Shown: piece by piece, positions 55,980 to 64,000 of the stretch | Numbering within the stretch: position 1 is the stretch's first letter | Layout: each line of letters opens with the position of its first letter | Assembly (NCBI RefSeq): GCF_009914755.1 | Contig: NC_060925.1 | From: the human T2T-CHM13v2.0 reference genome, Homo sapiens | Strand: one strand, 5' to 3' | Length of the DNA: 64,000 nt | The notes under the pieces: model-generated | What the model was told of the DNA's origin: nothing | What the model saw: only the letters and a program-made list of their open reading frames with translations | Databases searched by the model: none | Program-made: the position numbers and the translations under genes

Positions 55980-56872
55980 TTACCTTTCCCCCACCCACAT
56001 CGTTATCACCCTTTTTGCTGCATATCAACCCCCCAAGGGGCCCCTTAGAATCCTCCGTTGGAACTTGCCCACAGTCTCTGACAGGAGAGGGGTACTTCTG
56101 CAGTTGGGATTTTTAAACTGGAGCCCTTTTCCCTTGGGCAAACTCTTCCCCCGACCTCTTGTCCACCTGGCAGCTCTTAGAAGTGATTAATGGAGTAGTC
56201 TCTCATTACATTGCTAGAGGGGAGAAGGTGAGGAGGCTGAATAAAAGAGAGAGGGCCCTGGGTTTGGGTGGATGGGCTTGTCTCTCTGGAGGGGCCCGGA
56301 TGTCCTTTTAATACCTGGGATTTCATGCACAGATTCCTCTGTGGTCAATAAATTACATTTTAAAATGTTTTAACTAAAATGAAAGTTTTAGAAAGGACTG
56401 TCTCTCCAGCCTTGATGCTTTGACAAGAAGAATAGTTTATTCTTAAACAAGGCACACACAAAATATTTACCATAACATTGATTATATTACAATAAATAAT
56501 TTGTTTATTTGACATCTTAAAGACAAGTTGCATATTAGGAGAAAATATTTGGGATGCATGTAAGTTGCAAAGGTTCAGTTCATATTATATATAAGAACTA
56601 CCATAATTCAATAAAAGGAGATCAAACAACTCAATAAGGAAATGGATAAATGACATAAACAAGGGTTTCACAGAAAAGGAAATATATATGGTGAATAAAT
56701 ACATGAAGAGATATTCAACCTCATTAGTTATCAAGGAAAAATAAAGACAATAGTGAATTAACATATATCTATTCAATTAGCAAATATTACAGCTTGTTAA
56801 CATAGGGAATTGGAAACAATTAGACAGTCACTTACATATTTGATAAAAATGTATTGAGCCCTACTTTGCACT

Positions 56873-57457
56873 TGTAAACCAAAAATAAAATTCTAAGGCC
56901 CCACCCACCCATCTGAATGGACTCCTTCTCTTGGCCAAGGACATTCCAAAGTTAGCCTGAAAAACCAGTTTTAGGCCATGGTAGGAAGGGGGAGCCAGAC
57001 ATGCCTCATTACACTGTCCTCTCTTTTGGAATTACTGATAGAACAAACTCTTTAAGTCCGATACAGTTTATTCTCTCTGAAGCTTGCTACCTGGAGGCAT
57101 CATCTGCATGATAAAACCTTGATCTCCACAACCCCTTATTATAATCCAGATGTTCCTTTTCATTGATAGTAACTCAACCAATTGCCAGTCAGAAAATCTT
57201 TGAATTTGCCTGTTACTTGGAAGCCCCCTACATCCAGTTGTCCCACCTTTCTAGAACAAACCAATGTACATCTTACATGTATTGACTGATGTATCATGTC
57301 TCCCTAAAATGTACAAAAACCAAGCTGTACCCTGACCACCTCAGGCACATGTTTTCAGGATTTCCTGAGGGCTGTGTCATGGACCATTGGTCACTCATAT
57401 TTGGCTTAGAATAAATCTCTTCAAAGATTTTATAGAGTTTGACTCTTTTTGTTGATA
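56873..57457 (+). mobile_element. MER4-family (ERV1) solo LTR inserted in an L2
   Basis: Starts TGTAAACCAAAAATAAAATTCTAAG, has aataaatctcttcaa, 4-bp TSD cact/cgct. Confidence 0.8.
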
Positions 57458-58602
57458 CGCTGGATTCTCTTTCAGGTGCTCAGGATATGGCAACAAACAA
57501 AGAAGATAAAAATGCCAGTTCTTGTGGTAGCTTACATTCTTTTGGGAGGAGATAGAGAATAGACAATAAATGTAATAATTAAGTAAGTTATATCTTATGC
57601 TAGAAGGGGAAATATATAGGAGAAAAAGAACAACTGAGAGTGATGGGATAATTTTCCAATTAAATGGAGCATTCAGGATGTACCTTATTTAGAGTGTGAC
57701 ACTTGAGAAAGACTTGAAGAGCATGAGGAAGTGGCTTGTGCAAATGCCTAGGGGAAGAACATTCCAGACAGAAGGGACAGCCAGTGTGAGAGCCCTAAGG
57801 TGAGAGATCAACAGGATTTCTTACACCTTGTTGAAGGGAATGTAACTTAGTACAACCTCTTTGAAAATCAATTGGCATTATTTTGTAAATTGAATATCTC
57901 ATAAACAGCAGTTCTACTCTTAAGTACATAGCCAAAGGACACTCTTAACATGTGTACCAGGGGAAATGTGCAAGAATATTCATAGCAGCAGCATTAAAAA
58001 AATGAAGCTCCTCAAAGGTCCAGGCATAAGAGTTTTAAACCATATTGTTTAGGCATATGTTTCAATTGTCCATTGCTGCATAACAAATAATCCCAAAGTT
58101 TAGTGGCCGAAAACAACAACAATCATTAATAATCCTTTATAGTTTCTGTGGGAAACCAGAAATTTGGATAGGGCATAGAAGAGATGGCTTGTCTCCATTA
58201 CGACACCTGGGGGCTCATCTGGGAAGACTTGAAGACTGCCGGGGTGACTCAACAGCTACGGTTTATAGTCATCTGGAGATGTAAGGAGTCACATGTTTTG
58301 TGGTTGATGCTGCCTATTGGCTATGATCTCAACTCAGCTGTTGGCAAGAAAACCTACATGTAGCCTCTCCATGTGGTCTCTTTATATGGAATATTTTGGA
58401 TTTTCTCAGAGCATAGTGGCTGGGTTCCAAGAGCATGTGCCCCTGAAGAACAAGGCAGCAGTACATGAAATTTTTATAATTTATTTTTGGAAATTACAGT
58501 GTCATTTTTTTCTTATTTTATTGGTAGAGGCAGACACAAGGCCTGCCTATGTTCAAGGGGAGGGGACATAGACACCAGCACTCAATGGGAAGAATGTCAA
58601 GG

Positions 58603-61077
58603 TGTATCGGTCTGTTCTTACACTGCTATAAAGAGATACCCAAGACTGGGTAATTTATAAAGAAAAGAGGTTTAATTGGCTCATGGTTCCACAGGCTGTA
58701 CAGGAAGCATGGCAGCATCTGCTTCTGGGGAGGTCTCAGGGAGGTTTTACTCATTGTGGAAGGCAAAGCAAGAGCAGGAGTCTTACATGGCAGGAGCAGG
58801 ACCAAGGGGTTGGGGGAGGTGCTACATACTTTTAAACAACCAGATCCCATGAGAACTCTACCATGAGACAGCGCCAATGGGATGATGCTAAACCATTCAT
58901 GAAATATCCATCCCAATGATCCAGTTACCTCCCACCAGGTCCCACCTCCAACACTGTGGATTATGATTTGATATGAGATTTGGGCAGGACACAAATCCAA
59001 ACCATATCATTCTGCCCCAGCCTCTCCCAAATCTCATGTCCTTCTCACATTGCAAAATACAATCATGCCTTCCCAATAGTCCCCTAAAGTCTTAACTCCT
59101 TTCAGCATTACTCAAAAGTTCAAATTTCAAAGTCTACAAGACAGGTCTCTTCCTCCTATGAGCCTATAAAATCAAAAACAAGTTAGTTGTTTCAAGACAA
59201 AATGGGGGTATAGGCATTGGGTAAATAGTCACTTTCCAAAAGGGAGAAATAAGTTAAAAGAAAGGGGCTATGGGCCCTGTGCAAATCTGAAACCCAGAGG
59301 GCAGTTATTAAATCTTAAGCCTTCAAAATAATCTCCTTGGACCACACATCTCATATCCAGGGCACACTGGTACAAGGGGTGGTCTCCCAAAGCCTTGGGC
59401 AGCTCTGTGGCTTTCCAGGACCTGTGACTGCTCTCATGGGCTGGTGCTGAGTACCTTCAGCTTTTCCAGGTGATGGGTGCAAGCTGTTGCCATATCTACC
59501 GTTCTGGGGTCTGGAGGACAATGGCCCTCTTCTCACAGCTCCACTAGGCACTGCCCCAGTGGGGATTCTGTGTGGGGGTTTTAACCCCACATTTTCCCTC
59601 TGCAATGCCCTAATAGAGGTTCTCCATGAGGGCTCCATCCCTGCATTAGGCTTTTGCCTGGATATCCAGGCTTTTCCGTACATCCTCTGAAATCTAGGTG
59701 GAGGCTCCCAAGCCTCAAGTCTTGTACTCTGCATACTCACAGTCTTTAATACCATGTGGAAACTGCCAAAACTTATGGCTTGTACCCTCCAGAGCAGTGG
59801 TCTGAGCAGTACCTGGGCCCCTTTGAGCCACAGCTGGAGTTGGAGCAGCTGGGATGCAGGCAGCAGTGTCCCAAGATTGCAATGGGCAGCAGGGCTCTGG
59901 GTCTTGCCTACAAAATCATTCTTTCCTCGTAGGCATCTGGGCCTGTGATGGGAGGGGTTGCCTTGAAGGTCTCTGAAATGCCTTTGAGGCATTTCTCCCA
60001 TCATCTCGACTATTAACATTTGGTGCCTCTTTACTTATGCAAATTTCTGCAGCCAGTTTGAATTTCTCCCCAGAAAATGTTTTTTTTCTTTTCTACCACA
60101 TGGCCAGCCTGCAAAATTTTCAAACTTTTATGCTCTGCTTCCCTTTTGAATGTAAGCTTTAGTTTTAGGTTATTTCTTTGCTCATGCATATGAGCATCAA
60201 CAAAGAATTATGCTCATGCATATGAGGTTGTTAGAAACAGCCAGGTCATATCTTGAATGCTTTGCTGCTTAGACGTTTATTCTGCCAGATATCCTAAATC
60301 ATCACTCTCAAGTTCAAAGTTTCACAGATCCCTACAGCAGGGGCACAATGCCTCCAAGTTCTTTGCTAAAGCATAGCAAAAGTGACCTTTACTCCAGGTC
60401 CCGATAAGTTTCTAATTTCCATCTGAGACCTCCTCAGCCTGGACTTCACTGTCCATATAATTATCAGCATTTTGGTCACAACAAATTAACAAGTCTCTAG
60501 GAAGTTCCAAATTTTCCTTAATCTTCCTGTCTTCTTCTAAGCCCTTTGAGCTGTTCCAACCTCTGCCTGTTACCCAGTTCCAAAGCTACTTCCACATTTT
60601 TGGGTATGTTTATAGCAATGCCCCACTCCTTGGTACCAATTTTCTGTATTAGTTCATTCTTGTACTGCTATAAAAAACTACCTGAGACTGGGTAATTTAT
60701 AAAGAAAAGAGGTTTAATTGGCTCATGGTTCCATAGGCTATACACAAGCATGGCAGCAGCTGCTTCTGGGGAGGCCTCAGGGAGCTTTTACTCATAGTGG
60801 AAGGCAAAGCAGGAGCAGGTGTCTTACATGGCAAAGGCAGGACCAAGTGGGGGCGGGGAGGTGCTACATACTTTTAAACAACCAGATATCATGAGAATGC
60901 TATCACAAGACAGCACCAAGGGGATGATGCTAAACCCTTCATGAAGGACCCACCCCCACCAGAATTCACCCCCTGGTGGGAGGTGATCCAATCACCTCCC
61001 ATCAGGCCCCACCTCCAACATTGGGGATTACAATTTGACATGAGATTTGGGTGCGGACACAGATCTAAACCATGTCA
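58603..61077 (-). mobile_element. Full-structure MST-family MaLR provirus (5' LTR 60645-61077, internal 59010-60644, 3' LTR 58603-59009)
   Basis: Two direct LTRs; internal region begins gaaaattggtacc and ends in a purine tract on the minus strand; 5-bp TSD caagg/caaga; nested in an older MLT1 LTR (~58057-58602 and 61078-61153) that is followed by MLT1-internal-like DNA. Confidence 0.9.
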
Positions 61078-61897
61078 CAAGATAATGTTGTAAGAAAAGT
61101 ATGTAGGATAAAATATATTGTGTTGATTATTTTTGAAAAATACAACTTGCCACAGTCCACCCTCTGGCCACAACAATTCGCATCCCTCTCATATGCAAAA
61201 TGTACTTGTCTTCAAGACTCCTAAGTCTTAGCCTATTATGGTATCAGCTTGAAGAGTAGGTATCATAACTTAAATCAGGCCCAGGTGTAAATGAGGATAC
61301 TCAGGTGTGGTCTTCAAGGATAAACTTTAATATGTTCCTCTTGATCTGAAGAACTGTGAATTAAAGAGGTAAGATTTCTTCCCCCCACACATCCAACATA
61401 CAGTGGTGGGTTAGGCATACATAAGTTACAGACACTTCAGTTCATAAAGAGGCATATAGCAGTCACTGGTCCATAGCAATTCTGAAATCTATCTGGGTTC
61501 CTATTGCCAATTATAATTAGGTTTAATTCTACTCTTTGGAAGTTGTTCTGAGTGTCTCTTCACTTTCCCCTCTGGGCTCTTGGGCTCTTGAGCTCTTGGT
61601 ATTGCCTTCTAAGTTATTCTTCTTTTCATATATAAAACAGCTCATGTTTATAGCTGAGTGATTTTCCAAGCCTGTTCTCTTCCTGTAGAGGGTTTGGAGT
61701 CTAAAATCCTCTTCAATTTGTGCTGTCCCCTTCAATCTAAACTGGAAAAATCATTTTAAAACTTTGTGTGCTTTTTATGTCTCAATTTATATCTACTTCA
61801 TTAATCCAAAGCCACATTCATGATTATCTTAGAGATAAGTCCTTCTCTACCTTGGGCACCCAATGAGGCTCTGTGGGACAATGCCCTAAGATTTTAA

Positions 61898-62254
<357 letters not shown>

Positions 62255-62269
62255 TAAGGGAGAAAGCCC

Positions 62270-64000
62270 TTCAGACTGACAGAGTAAAGATCTCTGAATA
62301 TCTACTCCTTTGTAAAAGCAACTGGAACATTGGCAAAAGTTGCATTTCTCAATTATTTCCATAACTCTGGAAATTAATCAAAAGCTTGTAAAAATTCAAG
62401 AAGTGTTTATTTAAAAAAATTGGGTTAATCTTGGCAAGAAAAAGCAAGATTTGTGATATTTTTGTGTGCTCAATTCTCATTCCCCTTGCCCCAGCTCTGT
62501 GGTAACCTTCAAAATCAACAGCCTTGGAGCCCTGATACCTGTGAAAATTAGCAGTCTTGCCACAACTAACTGGAGAGGGGCAGGATGGGCTTGGAGTGCC
62601 CCCTAAAAGCTCCATCTCCAGAGAATTGTCACTCTCTGACCTCCCTGGAAAAGCCTCATTCACAGGACTTATCTTTATTTGCCTGACTCAGAGTTCACTC
62701 AGAAAAGCCCTACTCCTAGGGTATTTTTCAAAAAACAGCTGCAACGGTTTCACAGTAAGCTGCTTGAGTCAGTGATACCACCTGGGGCAAAGGGCTGGCC
62801 AAGAAACTTAAAAAAAATCTAAGGAATGAAATATCCACAGGGATCTTTGTAAAAGTTTAACATATTCCTGTGGATCTAGGACATGAGCATATATAAGGCG
62901 ATATGCATATGCCCAGGAAAGACGTGAGAAAGTCCACATCTCTCATCTCTGGCTGACATTGAGGCTCTGCACAGCAAGAAGTGAAGGGTTAGCAGAGTTG
63001 TAAACTGCCGGGAACTGAAGATATGTCCCAACAAATATAGAACCCATGGCATAGGATGGGAGATTAATTGCTTCAAGGCATTTAAATAAACCACTCTCCA
63101 ATTACTAGCCAATCACCAAGCTAGTTGAATACAGGCTGCACATGACAAAGATGATAGACTTGACAGAATTATTCTAGGAAACAAACAGCAGCACTTAGTT
63201 CACTAAGTAAACAACAGCAAAAATAACAAACTTAAGAAGGATGGGTGGGAGGGAAGGAGTATCTCATTTTCAGAGTTGCCACATTTTATTACTTAAAATG
63301 TCCAGTTTTAAATAAAAAATTAAAAGCTATGCAAAGAAACATGTCAGTATGGCCCCTACACAAGGAAACACAGTTGACAGAAACTCTCCCAGAGGAAGCC
63401 CATATGTTGAATTTATCAGACAGAGAATTTAAATCAACTATTATAAATATATTCAAAGAACATAATTAAAGAAAATTATATCTAAAAATTATGTCTAAAA
63501 ATTAATTGTTTAAAAATATTGCAATGATGTCTCACAAATAGAAACTATCAATGAGTCACAAATTATAAAAATAAACAAATAGAAATTCTGAAGTTGAAAA
63601 GTACAAAAACTGAAATTAAAAATCACTAGAGAGTCTCACCAGCAAATATGAGCCAGCAAAAGAAAAAAATCAGCAAACTTGAAGGTAGGTTGAGATTATT
63701 CAATCTAAGTAATAGAAAGAAAAAAGAACTGTACCTCAGAGATGTGTGGGTTTCCATCAAACACACCAACATGTGCATAATGGGACTCACAGAGAGAGAG
63801 GAGAGAGAAAGGAACAGAAAGAATATTTAAAGAAATAATAGATAAAGACTTCCAAAAGCTGATGAAAAATAATCTTCCCATCCAAGAAACTCAATAAGCT
63901 TGAAGTAGGATAAACTCAAAGACATCTACATGCATTATCATCAAATTGCTAAAAGTCAAAGACAAAGAGAGATTAAAAGTTGTAACAGAAAAACAACTAA
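62270..64000 (+). mobile_element. Old L1M 5'/ORF1 region
   Basis: A-rich strand, degenerate ORF1-like peptides (ISKLEGRL...; IMGLTEREERERNRKNI). Confidence 0.7.

Noticed and set aside
59351-60019. 222-aa ORF as a host gene
   Set aside because: Lies wholly within the MaLR internal region

Overview
Human (primate) genomic DNA, not microbial. The only protein-coding gene I can support is TSPAN2 (tetraspanin-2) on the minus strand. Coding exon 1 (28815-28883), exon 2 (12347-12449) and exon 3 (1576-1673) have canonical GT-AG boundaries and splice in frame to [90 protein letters not shown]; the remaining exons lie left of the window. Exon 1 sits in a CpG-island promoter. The 35 kb upstream (29.5-64 kb) is mostly nested transposable elements: Alu, L1, L2/MIR, MaLR/ERVL/ERV1 LTRs, and hAT and Tigger DNA elements. 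Almost all ORFs in the supplied track are chance or repeat-derived. I see no convincing new multi-gene system. The best unexplained structures are: (i) a ~190-bp, ~80%-identical inverted duplication that I cannot assign to a known repeat (52485-52669 / 53910-54099), with a strong CTCF motif, a palindrome, a perfect hairpin and a micro-tandem repeat clustered around its left arm; (ii) a ~245-bp LTR-L1 junction copied 5 kb away into a MIR; (iii) compact CArG-centred motif clusters in TSPAN2 introns and promoter; (iv) a closely spaced inverted Alu pair in intron 1; (v) a twin-primed L1 and a full MaLR provirus carrying template-switch scars. Repeat subfamily calls are by eye from remembered consensus sequences, and their boundaries are approximate.
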